Below, one piece after another: positions 5,739 to 14,950 of a DNA stretch of 24,394 nt. Location of the stretch: IMG/VR virus record IMGVR_UViG_3300046000_011168, positions 1 to 24,394 of that record; one strand, given 5' to 3'. Positions within the stretch are counted from its first letter, which is position 1; each line of letters opens with the position of its first letter. Origin of the DNA: a virus. Taxonomy: Duplodnaviria > Caudoviricetes. The notes under the pieces are model-generated. The model saw only the letters and a program-made list of their open reading frames with translations. It was not told where the DNA came from and did not search any database. A program made the position numbers and the translations under genes.

Positions 5739-6065
5739 CTAAGCCTGTGAATCGTCATGAGTCTTTAGATACACTATCAGAGAAGACAGTGCTTCTTTGG
5801 TAGACCCACTAAAACCAGTAGTATCAAACCCTACTAAGGACTGGAGTGTATTAAGCATTTCTTTTTTAGAAGTACCATTCTTACGATCTTGCGGTTTTGG
5901 CGCAGGAACGTAAACACCCTCTCGAACTAGTTTTGAGCGGACTGAACGTACCGGTTTTTGAAGCTGCTCAGCAATCTGGTCAAGACCGTCAGTGCCAAGC
6001 TGCGCATAGAGATTAAGTAGTTGCTGTGTTTGTTCTTCAGTGTAGTTTTGTTGTGCAGCGTTCAT
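5739..6065 (-). CDS. Putative DNA-binding protein, reminiscent of T5 D3-like proteins
   Basis: NYTEEQT...IAEQLQKPVRSVRSKLVREGVY HTH-like pattern. The D3 resemblance is from recollection and unverified. Confidence 0.55.
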   Translation of the reverse strand: MNAAQQNYTEEQTQQLLNLYAQLGTDGLDQIAEQLQKPVRSVRSKLVREGVYVPAPKPQDRKNGTSKKEMLNTLQSLVGFDTTGFSGSTKEALSSLIVYLKTHDDSQA

Positions 6066-6093
6066 AGATTCCTCATTGGCAATTTATACATAT

Positions 6094-6122
6094 ACTATAG
6101 CGCACTATAGAGGATGTGGCAA
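6094..6122 (-). promoter_or_regulatory. Sigma70-like promoter
   Basis: TTGCCA-17 nt-TATAGT with an AT-rich upstream region. Confidence 0.6.
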
Positions 6123-6148
6123 GAAGAATTTTATTTAACTTTTGGTCG

Positions 6149-6388
6149 TTACTCTGCCCAGTCTCTGTCTCTTCGAACATAGAGAGGAGCTGTGCTACCA
6201 TCTTGAAACTCTAAGAAGGTTTCGACACCTTCTCCTGAAATAGCACGTTCTTTTCCCGAGGTCTCAAAGACTAGCTCAGTAGCGTCTCTATTTACAACTC
6301 TTTTAGATACCAAGCGTAAGCCTTGAGTTTCACAGTGTTCTAGTGTTTCTTCTACATGAGCGGGACTACAGGTGACTCTTACTAACAT
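6149..6388 (-). CDS. Hypothetical protein
   Basis: 79-aa ORF in the co-directional gene run. Confidence 0.65.
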   Translation of the reverse strand: MLVRVTCSPAHVEETLEHCETQGLRLVSKRVVNRDATELVFETSGKERAISGEGVETFLEFQDGSTAPLYVRRDRDWAE

Positions 6389-6527
6389 TGAGGAGTCTCT
6401 TTTTGTCTCTGCGTCGTAACTTGCGTTTTTCTCGTTTCCATTCTTCTTTGTCTCCCTTAAAATTGATAATTCCTTTTTCTAAGGCCTGGGTTTTAGTGTC
6501 GCAATATAGTTTATCTAATTCGGACAC
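6366..6527 (-). CDS. Small basic hypothetical protein (53 aa, GTG start)
   Basis: Manual ORF MSELDKLYCDTKTQALEKGIINFKGDKEEWKREKRKLRRRDKKRLLNVSKSHL preceded by AAGGAG. Confidence 0.65.
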   Translation of the reverse strand: MSELDKLYCDTKTQALEKGIINFKGDKEEWKREKRKLRRRDKKRLLNVSKSHL

Positions 6528-6547
6528 GCGGAGTCTCCTTCTTCAGG

Positions 6548-6811
6548 CTACCCTACGACAGCTCCTTTCAGCTTGTCTAGAATAATCTGACTAGGATGGC
6601 TCTCGCCTTGAGAGCGATGAGCCATGCCTCTCATTAAGAATTGAATAGTAGCAATATCAAATGCAATAGCTGGGTCTTCTAGGTTGACGTCGTGATGCGC
6701 AAGATTGCTCATATAGTCTAGCGTAAAGGCATCAAGTATACCTTGCGTGACGTTAGCTTTAATAACGGCTTGCCTCTTTGCCGCAAAGTCTTGAAAGTTA
6801 ATAACACTCAT
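6548..6811 (-). CDS. Hypothetical protein
   Basis: 87-aa ORF whose start overlaps the ligase stop (TAATG). Confidence 0.7.
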   Translation of the reverse strand: MSVINFQDFAAKRQAVIKANVTQGILDAFTLDYMSNLAHHDVNLEDPAIAFDIATIQFLMRGMAHRSQGESHPSQIILDKLKGAVVG

Positions 6812-8514
6812 TAAAACATTCCTTTGAGCACAATCGCTCGATTATTCCAATAGTTGATTACCGGGATACCATACTTTTGCGCTTGTTTTGTCTTAGTCGA
6901 TTCTTCTCCCGAAGAAATTAGCGCATAGCAGTCTTTGGTAAGTGCATCACTAAGTTCGAATCCGAACTTGGAGAGATGAGCCCCTAGTTCTGATTTAGTC
7001 ATGTCCAGTTTTCCAGTAACACATACTTTGCGATACTCTACCTTATCTTCAGGAGTAGAGGTTTCGACCTCTAATCTATAAGGCAGTCGTTCTACCCAAT
7101 CTGCATTAACCTCCAACCAGCTTAAGATGTTTTCTACGGTAGTAGGCCCAATCCCATGAATCTGTAGCTCCCCAATACGTGAGAGATTTTCAAAAGCAGG
7201 AATGTGTTTACAGATAAGTTGAGCTGTAGATTTACCTACGCCAGGAATACCCAAGGATGCAAGTACTGTCGGATAGTCTTTCGGACGAGAAATCTCTTCT
7301 CGAATTTTATCTCCATTTTTACCAAGAATGCTCCACGGCACATCACCATAGAGTTCAGAGGGATGCGAGATTTCAAGCTTCTCAATAGAAGATGGGCCTA
7401 GACCTTTAATACCGAGTGTTTTAACATAGTGCTCTACTAAGCGCTGACCATTCTCCGCATCAACATAAATCTTTGGCCCCCGACGCTCTAGAGACACTCC
7501 TAGAGCTCGCTCTGCGTCTGCGAGAGAAAACGGAGCGTAGTTAGAGTGCTCAAGAACTCGCACAAACTGAGGGGTAATTCTGCGTTCAATGAGAATAGAA
7601 TCTCCGGGACGGAGATTGTTTTCCAGTACAAATTCAAGATTATGCAGAATAACTCGGGTAACTGTAGCCCCATCAAGCACTACGGGGTCCACCAAGCCAA
7701 CAGGAGTTACGACTCCACTACGGCCTACAGTCCAGATAATATCTTTAAGATTAGTAGCTGCGCTATAGTGCTCTTTTTGTTTCAGCGCTACTGCAAATCG
7801 CGGATGCTTAGAAGTATGACCCAGCTCTTGCTCTCGAGCATAGGAGTTTACTCGATAGACTTTACCATCTTGCGGATACTGAGTATAGGCATCATCGAGT
7901 ACAGTTTTGAAACCCGCTTTTTTAGCCAGTTTCAACCTATCAAGATAGTCTGCCTCTACACCGAGTACGTCGTGAACAATAAAGCGCAGGTTACGCTCTT
8001 GTGCTTCTTTAGCACTCTTGAGTCCGAGAGCACCTGCAACATAGTTACGAAAGTTTTCTACATTAGGATTGTCTGTAACTACCTCGCCGACAAAAGTAGC
8101 GCTTTGGGCTACTGTTGGTGGAACTCCTTTGATAACCTTAGACAGGTGAATAACATTTTCACCATACTCACCATCACCCCGAGTAAGAAGAGTACGTAGA
8201 GCACCCGACTCATAGGTTGCAGACAGATTTACTCCATCAAGTTTAGGAGTAAGAACTGAAAATTCAGCCTCTACCTCTTCTTCACTGTACACCTTTTTCA
8301 GAGAATAGAGCTGATGCGGATGTTTGATTTTACCGCCAAGAGAGCTAATACGCACAGTAGGGCTGTCAGGGTCTTTCCAACCCTGCAGCCGTTCCATTTC
8401 TACAAGTTGGTCATAGAGACCGTCATATTCTGAGTCTGAGAGAACAGGCTTACCTAGATCGTAGTAAAGCTTATCGTGATGCAGAACAATACTTTTAAGT
8501 GATTTATAGTCCAT
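6811..8514 (-). CDS. ligA: NAD-dependent DNA ligase
   Basis: Domain Ia YYDLGKPVLSDSEYD, KLDG adenylation motif, LTRGDG, NFRNYVAG, DGKV, OB-fold WTVGRSGVVTPV, HhH repeats and C-terminal BRCT (VCVTGKL...AQKYGIPVI). Confidence 0.96.
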   Translation of the reverse strand: MDYKSLKSIVLHHDKLYYDLGKPVLSDSEYDGLYDQLVEMERLQGWKDPDSPTVRISSLGGKIKHPHQLYSLKKVYSEEEVEAEFSVLTPKLDGVNLSATYESGALRTLLTRGDGEYGENVIHLSKVIKGVPPTVAQSATFVGEVVTDNPNVENFRNYVAGALGLKSAKEAQERNLRFIVHDVLGVEADYLDRLKLAKKAGFKTVLDDAYTQYPQDGKVYRVNSYAREQELGHTSKHPRFAVALKQKEHYSAATNLKDIIWTVGRSGVVTPVGLVDPVVLDGATVTRVILHNLEFVLENNLRPGDSILIERRITPQFVRVLEHSNYAPFSLADAERALGVSLERRGPKIYVDAENGQRLVEHYVKTLGIKGLGPSSIEKLEISHPSELYGDVPWSILGKNGDKIREEISRPKDYPTVLASLGIPGVGKSTAQLICKHIPAFENLSRIGELQIHGIGPTTVENILSWLEVNADWVERLPYRLEVETSTPEDKVEYRKVCVTGKLDMTKSELGAHLSKFGFELSDALTKDCYALISSGEESTKTKQAQKYGIPVINYWNNRAIVLKGMF

Positions 8515-8731
8515 CTGAGTCCTCTTTTTTATCTTCTTCTAGAATATACTCCATAAAATTAGCATTTATCAAGAGAGAATTAAGAATGCGACGAGTATCA
8601 CGATAATGTGAATGCATTGTGTATGCATCAATTGCTATTAGCAACATTCCCGTAAAAAGAAGTAGTGGTGTGACATACTGAAGAATAAAAAGAACTATGA
8701 ATACAACTCCTAGCAGTCCGTAACTTTTCAT
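8504..8731 (-). CDS. Small membrane protein
   Basis: Long N-terminal hydrophobic segment. Confidence 0.65.
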   Translation of the reverse strand: MKSYGLLGVVFIVLFILQYVTPLLLFTGMLLIAIDAYTMHSHYRDTRRILNSLLINANFMEYILEEDKKEDSDGL

Positions 8732-9234
8732 TGCAACACGCTAGAAACATATTCGTTATATAGTTTTTTCATTTCAACCTGATTTGGTAGCTTATGGTTA
8801 AATACAGCCTTACGTAATTGAGCGTAGGGTTGTTTAAAAGATTTACCGTGTGCTTTATCTACTGACATATTTAACACTTTTTTACGATAGAACTGGACCG
8901 CGTGTGCCATTTCATGGCAAACAATCATACCAGTAGCTAAGTTACGGTCAGTAGCATAGAATCCACCAATAACTGAATCAGCATCAAAACTGGCGTACTC
9001 GTACATTCTAAAAATAGTTCCGCGGTTTCGAGACAATAACCACATTGCGAGGTTAATTCCCGGACCGCTAGCATACCAACCGCCTTTATGAGCTGTTCGA
9101 GTGGTTGCCCAATCTAAACGACAGTGGTGTAGTTCAAAAGAACTACAATCACTCCAACACTTAATTTCCTGCTCACATAGAGAAATCCAGTGATACACAC
9201 TCTTCTCTAGGAGAATTTTACTAGGAGCGTCCAA
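8728..9234 (-). CDS. SprT-like zinc metalloprotease
   Basis: CHEMAHAVQ (HExxH) followed by AHGKSFK. Confidence 0.7.
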   Translation of the reverse strand: MDAPSKILLEKSVYHWISLCEQEIKCWSDCSSFELHHCRLDWATTRTAHKGGWYASGPGINLAMWLLSRNRGTIFRMYEYASFDADSVIGGFYATDRNLATGMIVCHEMAHAVQFYRKKVLNMSVDKAHGKSFKQPYAQLRKAVFNHKLPNQVEMKKLYNEYVSSVLQ

Positions 9235-9406
9235 TGTCTATTACCTCTCGACGAGTAATAAGTTGATAGGCGCCTTTGTTAAAAGCAGGAGCGACAGTAA
9301 ATTGCTTTGGCTTACCACCGTGCTGCAAACAAGTGCTATAGCCAAGGCGCGCTCGCGCTTCGCTAAAGTCTTCTCCACAAACAGAACACTTACACCATTC
9401 GTACAT
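9221..9406 (-). CDS. DksA/TraR-like zinc-finger protein
   Basis: CSVCGEDFSEARARLGYSTCLQH pattern (last ligand His). Confidence 0.6.
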   Translation of the reverse strand: MYEWCKCSVCGEDFSEARARLGYSTCLQHGGKPKQFTVAPAFNKGAYQLITRREVIDIGRS

Positions 9407-9430
9407 AGTTTACCTCTAAGATTATACTTA

Positions 9431-9459
9431 AAGATAGCATATAGTTAAGCACGTGTCTA
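9431..9459 (-). promoter_or_regulatory. Sigma70-like promoter
   Basis: TAGACA-17 nt-TATCTT with TGn. Confidence 0.5.
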
Positions 9460-9467
9460 TAGATAAC

Positions 9468-9935
9468 TTAAATTCGTCGGGACCACTCTTGAATAAACTG
9501 TGAACTACTCTGAGTCTTCTTACCGCCAACATTAAAAAGCAGTAGAATACCGAGCTCCATACAGAGGTCTATCTCAGCCTGACTAACATTAGTAGGAGTA
9601 CGGTCTCCACCATTAGCAAAGAATAGATTACCTCTACCCCCAACTCCGTTCGTTAGTAGGTGCTTAGAAGTGTAAAACTGTTGAATGGCTCCACAAGCAG
9701 TGCCGTCACTATCATCCCAGCCAGTTTGTACCTCGCTGACATGCTTACAGTGTTTTAAGATTGCAACTCGTTCACTAAGAGGTTGAAAAGGAGCACCCTT
9801 TTTTCGTGTCAACCAATTATCCGAGTTAGGTGCTACTACTAGAGTTCCTATATGAGCAGCTTGCTCCATTGCCGCAAGATGACCCGAATGAATAGGGTCA
9901 AAGCCGCCTGTAAATAGTATATAATTCACAGACAC
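9468..9935 (-). CDS. Cytidylyltransferase-family nucleotidyltransferase (TagD/RfaE-like)
   Basis: TGGFDPIHSGH (HIGH motif), NSDNWLTRKKG, FANGGDR, GGKKTQSSS. Confidence 0.9.
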   Translation of the reverse strand: MSVNYILFTGGFDPIHSGHLAAMEQAAHIGTLVVAPNSDNWLTRKKGAPFQPLSERVAILKHCKHVSEVQTGWDDSDGTACGAIQQFYTSKHLLTNGVGGRGNLFFANGGDRTPTNVSQAEIDLCMELGILLLFNVGGKKTQSSSQFIQEWSRRI

Positions 9936-10189
9936 AGATCTACCAGCTCTTGAATACGCTTAGTCTTTTCATCGAGTTCGTCAATGTTCTGCTTTTTCAG
10001 AGCCGTAGCAGCCGCTCGTACGTCAGCTACTGGAAGCCCGTATGTCTCTTTTAGATACTTAAGCTTATCACTAATCATATCACGAGACGCATCTACCGAT
10101 TCCATTAGACTGACAATTGTATGAATAGTTTTTGCTACGTCTTCCGGATTAATTGCATTAATCTGTTTCGGTTCTTTTTTCGGTGCCAT
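9926..10189 (-). CDS. Putative dsDNA-binding protein (T4 DsbA / GapR-like)
   Basis: Size and helical pattern (ISDKLKYLKETYGLPVADVRAAATALKKQN) resemble that family. Confidence 0.5.
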   Translation of the reverse strand: MAPKKEPKQINAINPEDVAKTIHTIVSLMESVDASRDMISDKLKYLKETYGLPVADVRAAATALKKQNIDELDEKTKRIQELVDLCL

Positions 10190-10529
10190 TTTGAGCCTTT
10201 ACTTGAGAAATTAAATGTTGGAGAATTGTTCTGCTTCTTAGAGGAAGCGTTGTATTGTTCGGGTCTTGATGCTTAAAACAAATAGCGAGTGTATGATGAC
10301 CATTTACTGAATTTGCTACTAGTTGAATATCGTGGTCACTCATTGAGAGTACATCTAGAGGATATGGCAGTCTCATAACATACTCACCCCAGTACTGGTC
10401 TTCATGTGCTATGTCAGAGTCTAGACGTAATTCAGGAATCCACTTTGTTAAGTCGCGGAAAAACTTACGACCAACAAGTTCATTTGTTGGGATATCGCGA
10501 GGTAGTTCATAAATAATTGCTGAGTCCAT
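10158..10529 (-). CDS. Hypothetical protein
   Basis: 123-aa ORF tightly packed in the operon. Confidence 0.7.
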   Translation of the reverse strand: MDSAIIYELPRDIPTNELVGRKFFRDLTKWIPELRLDSDIAHEDQYWGEYVMRLPYPLDVLSMSDHDIQLVANSVNGHHTLAICFKHQDPNNTTLPLRSRTILQHLISQVKAQNGTEKRTETD

Positions 10530-10530
10530 G

Positions 10531-11301
10531 CTATAGTCCTACTGTTTTAAATCTATCATATTCAACTTCACTTGGGAAGCGTGAAGTAGTTTTAAGTGCT
10601 GGATATGCTATGTCTATTCTGCGACTTTTAGGTACGTAGTCTACAGGTACAAGCTCATCGAACGGAGTTCGATATTCAAATGGAGGCTGAGAGTCTCTAC
10701 GAGCAACTTCACTTGGATGAATACTCTTTCCCCACTTCCACTGAAGGTACTCTCTATTATAGAGTACGCGATTCATAGAGGGATTACGTTTAACTGTCAG
10801 GCTCTTATTTGAGCCTGCAGAGGGAACCATTAGAGAATTAAGAACTATTCCTTGTAACATACAGCGTTGCTTATAATCAGCGTCTTCACTATACACATAG
10901 ATAAAATTTTCATCAAAAGCGCCTACCTGTTTCCAGGTATCTCTATGAATTGCAAAACAGCTAAACTCAAAGTATGGTTGAAATACGCCAGTTAAACAAG
11001 TAGCAGAAGTCTCAGCTAGTGCGTCTTCTATTTGTTCTTCTGTATAGCACGCGTCGTCCTGCGTAATAATAATCTTTTCTAAATTTAAATAGTCAAAAGC
11101 TATACGACAAATAAGATTCCAGCCGCCAGCACAGCCAAGGTTAGTGCTAGTAGTATAGGTAGTACAGGTAAAAGTTGCATCATAGCTTTGGTTTCCATTG
11201 TCTATAAAATAAAAAGTGGAGCCAGGGAAGTCTTTAACACTAATAGTATTAAAGAAGTCCTGGGCTCCACAATAACTTAGTACAAAAATGTGATTAGTCA
11301 T
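10531..11301 (-). CDS. Glycosyltransferase family 2
   Basis: FIDNG, NLGCAGGWN, ITQDD and VGAFDENFIYVYSEDADY motifs; likely start MTNH at 11301. Confidence 0.88.
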   Translation of the reverse strand: MTNHIFVLSYCGAQDFFNTISVKDFPGSTFYFIDNGNQSYDATFTCTTYTTSTNLGCAGGWNLICRIAFDYLNLEKIIITQDDACYTEEQIEDALAETSATCLTGVFQPYFEFSCFAIHRDTWKQVGAFDENFIYVYSEDADYKQRCMLQGIVLNSLMVPSAGSNKSLTVKRNPSMNRVLYNREYLQWKWGKSIHPSEVARRDSQPPFEYRTPFDELVPVDYVPKSRRIDIAYPALKTTSRFPSEVEYDRFKTVGL

Positions 11302-12052
11302 CTCTAATCGTGTTATTATAATCCACTGCAGCACGCAAGATCGAAAGATCTAAATCTAATTCAGTGCTAGAGGTATGAAGAAGAGCTGCGGTATCCTTAG
11401 GAAAGCAATAACCGCCAAATCCTCTAGAGTCCTCAAACACAAAAGTATGGCTAGGTCCTATTCTAGAATCTAGCGCAATGCCTTCTCTAACATATCTATA
11501 GTCAATACCTAGACGCTCACAGAAGTCGTATATCTGATTAAAGAACGCAACTTTTGTAGCTAAAAAAGAGTTTCTAAAGTATTTTACTGTGATGGCCTCT
11601 TCGGGTCGCATCTCATATATTTCTATATTAGGAAAGGCTCGTTGGTAAAGTCTTTTCCAAAATAGTACATCTCCACCAGCAACAATAGCACTACTAGTAG
11701 CTTGTACATCTTCTATTGCAGTATCTGCACGTAAAAATTCAGGACTAAAAGTAATTTGGTGTTTTGAAAATCTTTTTTTAAGTTTTTTCCAACCCTCTAG
11801 ACTAATAGTGCTCTTAATCATAATAGGTATGGAATCTGAACACTCACTAATTACAGATTCAACATAACTAGTATCACAGCTACCATCACTAGATTCTGGG
11901 GTAGGTACACATACAATTATGCCTTTTGCGCTTGGAAAATCTTGAATCTTTTTATAGGTATACTTTGGATCTACTACTGATACCTCGTGAGTTCTTTTAA
12001 GTGTTTCATAGTAGGCTTTACCAACAAAGCCAAAACCAGCAATAATAATCAT
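11294..12052 (-). CDS. UDP-glucose/GDP-mannose 6-dehydrogenase family protein (short form)
   Basis: GFGFVG, CVPTP, IKSTI, SPEFLR, KYFRNSFLATKVAFFN, DSRIG and GFGGYCFPKD motifs. Confidence 0.92.
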   Translation of the reverse strand: MIIIAGFGFVGKAYYETLKRTHEVSVVDPKYTYKKIQDFPSAKGIIVCVPTPESSDGSCDTSYVESVISECSDSIPIMIKSTISLEGWKKLKKRFSKHQITFSPEFLRADTAIEDVQATSSAIVAGGDVLFWKRLYQRAFPNIEIYEMRPEEAITVKYFRNSFLATKVAFFNQIYDFCERLGIDYRYVREGIALDSRIGPSHTFVFEDSRGFGGYCFPKDTAALLHTSSTELDLDLSILRAAVDYNNTIRDD

Positions 12053-12762
12053 ATAGAAGCTTTCATAACAGACAATATTTTATATGTATTTTCCCAACCC
12101 TTAACAGTAAAACATTCACCTCTAGATTCTGTTTCAATAGCTACTTTTAATGGGTAGTCATTACCCCCGGGTTCCATTTTATCACCAAAAAAGAAAAGCC
12201 TGTCTTTAACTGAGAAGTCTTTAATAATCTGGCTTTTGTCATGACCTTTTGGAAAAATATCAATACCCGTATCGCCACCAACTCTAGCAGATAGGGTAGG
12301 AAATTTATGATTAAACTGAAGAGCTATACGTTCGCGCTCTTTGTTCTCCTCATCGTAATCTACGTATATTTGGCGCTGACTTAGAGAAGCTAATCTACCT
12401 ACCACAGAAAAATTAACGCAGCCTGGACGCTCTTCTAAATGTTTCCCGGCACGAATTGCAAAGTTACTGAGGTCTAGTTCTCTAGCTAACCATTCTTTTG
12501 CTTCAAGAGAAATTTTCCAGGGGCTAGTATAAATATTGTTATCTTGCTCCCACACATCATTGCCAGAGCAGTTATAAACTCTTTTAGAAGCGTTAACAAT
12601 ATCTAACCCAAGCTGTTCAATTGTTTTAGGTCTGTCAGATCCAGTAATTAAATATACGGGGTAAGACTGACAAAAATCTAAAAAGAAGGTAGAAAAAGAA
12701 GAATCAATACGTTGACGGCTAGGGGTTAGAGTACCGTCAACGTCAAAAATAAATCGATACAT
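12049..12762 (-). CDS. Phosphomannomutase, eukaryote-type HAD-IIB
   Basis: FDVDGTLTPSR, TGSD, NFSVVGR, GGDTGIDIFPKGHDK and FFGDKMEPGGNDY motifs. Confidence 0.92.
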   Translation of the reverse strand: MYRFIFDVDGTLTPSRQRIDSSFSTFFLDFCQSYPVYLITGSDRPKTIEQLGLDIVNASKRVYNCSGNDVWEQDNNIYTSPWKISLEAKEWLARELDLSNFAIRAGKHLEERPGCVNFSVVGRLASLSQRQIYVDYDEENKERERIALQFNHKFPTLSARVGGDTGIDIFPKGHDKSQIIKDFSVKDRLFFFGDKMEPGGNDYPLKVAIETESRGECFTVKGWENTYKILSVMKASI

Positions 12763-12765
12763 AAT

Positions 12766-13119
12766 TTAGTTATTAGTTATCCCAAAAAATGTCGGAGTCG
12801 GTGCTTCACTCGATTCTTGAAACGAGTTTTGGGGTTCCTCCGTGACAGGCGTACTTACAGATTCTGCGGGAATCTCTACTAACTCAGGGGCAACGTCAAT
12901 AGGTACATCAGGGGCAGCGTCAAAAAGTGCAATAGGATTTTGAATAACAATAACATCCGAACTAAAAAGAGCCTCAATCTCAGAAGAGGTCCAAGAGCTA
13001 ATAGGCTTCCAGTCGGACTGAGGAACGTCTACTTTAGTCTTACTACCATCTTCTGAAACGCGCACCCATCGGTATACATTTTTACTATTATTATCTATTA
13101 CAGGGGTAAATTTAGGCAT
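12766..13119 (-). CDS. Hypothetical protein with acidic Pro/Glu-rich tail
   Basis: 117-aa ORF with AGGAG RBS. Confidence 0.7.
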   Translation of the reverse strand: MPKFTPVIDNNSKNVYRWVRVSEDGSKTKVDVPQSDWKPISSWTSSEIEALFSSDVIVIQNPIALFDAAPDVPIDVAPELVEIPAESVSTPVTEEPQNSFQESSEAPTPTFFGITNN

Positions 13120-13129
13120 TATATTTCTC

Positions 13130-14212
13130 CTAGAGTGTTAAAACTTGTAGAGTTTCTCCAGCGTACTGTTCTTCTTCTTTGATATAGGCATAAAACTGCT
13201 GAACAGCTTGTTCTTTGTTTTTTGCTTCAATATCAAAGTCTGCATATTGCAGCATTGGAACAGTAAGTGCGAGAAGTTCTTCGTCCCACAGTAGCTCTGC
13301 ATGAGCATTAGGCTTCATCCAGTATTCTTCATTCTCTAAAGGAAACGGATGACTAGTATGAAATAGAGGACGAACCTCTTTCCAAGTTTTAACAGATTCA
13401 ATAAACCACGGATGGTTTACGGTAATGTGCTCTACATCTCGATTTTTTTGGTTAACAACCGTTCCTGCAGAATTCTTTACTTTGTCGGTTTTAGTCATGA
13501 GATGGCAAGCATAGTGATGAGTATCTAATGTAGCACGAGTAGGAATACGAGCACAAAGCTCTAGTACGTGTTCGATGCCGTAACCAGATTTTGCTTTATC
13601 TTCGTTTTCAACAGCTAGACATTGCTGAGCATAGTCTGAGAGATATTGAAAATTAGTAGCAAAGCGGTTAATACCGTCAATATGTTTTCCGCCATACAAA
13701 CCTTGCAGGTGAATATTCATAGTAAAATCACGAGCAGGCAAATTCATAAGCTTACCATAGAGAGCATGGTACTCTAGGTCACGAATAGAATTTTGAACTA
13801 CATCAGAACTGCTAGAACCTAGAACAGTATATTGTCCAGGATGAACACTGACACGAATTTCGTATTTGCGAGCAATTTCCCCAGCCTGTGCTAGAATAGT
13901 AGAAATCTTTGGCATAATTTCATCATACCAAGGTTTAGTAAAATCTAGTGTGTAGCAAGGAAAGAGTTCAGATGAGATACGAAAACTACGAAGATTGCGA
14001 GGTTGGTCGTTGAAATACGTAGATAGGGAGTCTAGAAGCTTACGACAATTTTCAAGTGCTTTAGACTGTACTTTTTGTTTGCCTTCTGCTTTAAGAGCGT
14101 AAGTTTTTGTAGTAGTTCCAAAGTTATAGCGTTTTGCTTTAGCTGCGTCAATCCACTGACAACACTGAGAAATACGCCAATCAGTACGAGTTTTGTTAAA
14201 ATAGCTGGTCAT
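13130..14212 (-). CDS. uvsE: UV-damage endonuclease (UvsE/UVDE)
   Basis: FRISSELFP, RVSVHPGQYTVLGS, LEYHA, LAVENED, DTHHY, HA and DIEAKNKEQA motifs. Confidence 0.93.
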   Translation of the reverse strand: MTSYFNKTRTDWRISQCCQWIDAAKAKRYNFGTTTKTYALKAEGKQKVQSKALENCRKLLDSLSTYFNDQPRNLRSFRISSELFPCYTLDFTKPWYDEIMPKISTILAQAGEIARKYEIRVSVHPGQYTVLGSSSSDVVQNSIRDLEYHALYGKLMNLPARDFTMNIHLQGLYGGKHIDGINRFATNFQYLSDYAQQCLAVENEDKAKSGYGIEHVLELCARIPTRATLDTHHYACHLMTKTDKVKNSAGTVVNQKNRDVEHITVNHPWFIESVKTWKEVRPLFHTSHPFPLENEEYWMKPNAHAELLWDEELLALTVPMLQYADFDIEAKNKEQAVQQFYAYIKEEEQYAGETLQVLTL

Positions 14213-14239
14213 AGTAATCCTATAGTTAAGTTACAGATT

Positions 14240-14268
14240 ACTATACGAGTTTAAATACTGAATGTCAA
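14240..14268 (-). promoter_or_regulatory. Sigma70-like promoter for uvsE and the glycosylation operon
   Basis: TTGACA-17 nt-TATAGT. Confidence 0.75.
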
Positions 14269-14275
14269 CTAAAAA

Positions 14276-14950
14276 TTAACTTTCAGGGGTGAGTACAATT
14301 CGGAAAGTTCCGTTTTCTAGCATGTCATTTTCACCCCCTTCCTCTTCATCTTCTTCTTCGTCGTCGCCTTCGTCGTTTTCAGGCATACCTGCTAACTGCC
14401 TAAATTTAGCCATGTGTACATCATTAATATAAGAGTGCTCTTCTGCTAAGCCCATACGCTCTGCATTATCCATAATAAGTTCCGCAAACTCTTCTGCTTT
14501 TTCGTATTCTTCTTCGTCAATAGAACCCATTGCAATTGCCTGTTTTTCTAGTCTAAAGAATAAATCTTGAAGCATCATAGTCTCTACAATAAGATGAATC
14601 ATATCAGTTTTACCGCGAATATTACTGTATAGAGCCTGTGCTGAGGGACAGATATCGAAATGTCTAGTAGTATAATCACCAATAGTTATTTGCTGAGAGT
14701 TAGTAGAATCACTATTTTCGGATTCCATCATCTCTCCCATTTCTTCCATCTCTTTTTCTTCGCTAGACTCTTCATCATCGCTAAACTTATAGTAACCATA
14801 AATAGACTCGATATAGTGGTCTATATCGTTAATCTTGTTTTGCACCCAAGGCTCTAACTCGTCAGTAGGCTTAATCATACCTAAGAGCTCTGTGGAGTAT
14901 GCGATAGCTTTTTTTAAGCTGCTACGTGCCATTTTACCTTCATAACTCAT
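14276..14950 (-). CDS. Highly acidic hypothetical protein
   Basis: 224 aa with two Asp/Glu tracts (SDDEESSEEKEMEE; ENDEGDDEEEDEEEGG). Confidence 0.8.
   Translation of the reverse strand: MSYEGKMARSSLKKAIAYSTELLGMIKPTDELEPWVQNKINDIDHYIESIYGYYKFSDDEESSEEKEMEEMGEMMESENSDSTNSQQITIGDYTTRHFDICPSAQALYSNIRGKTDMIHLIVETMMLQDLFFRLEKQAIAMGSIDEEEYEKAEEFAELIMDNAERMGLAEEHSYINDVHMAKFRQLAGMPENDEGDDEEEDEEEGGENDMLENGTFRIVLTPES

Noticed and set aside
7204-8199. Plus-strand ORFs of 65 and 217 aa
   Set aside because: Antisense shadows of the ligase with no recognisable motifs.
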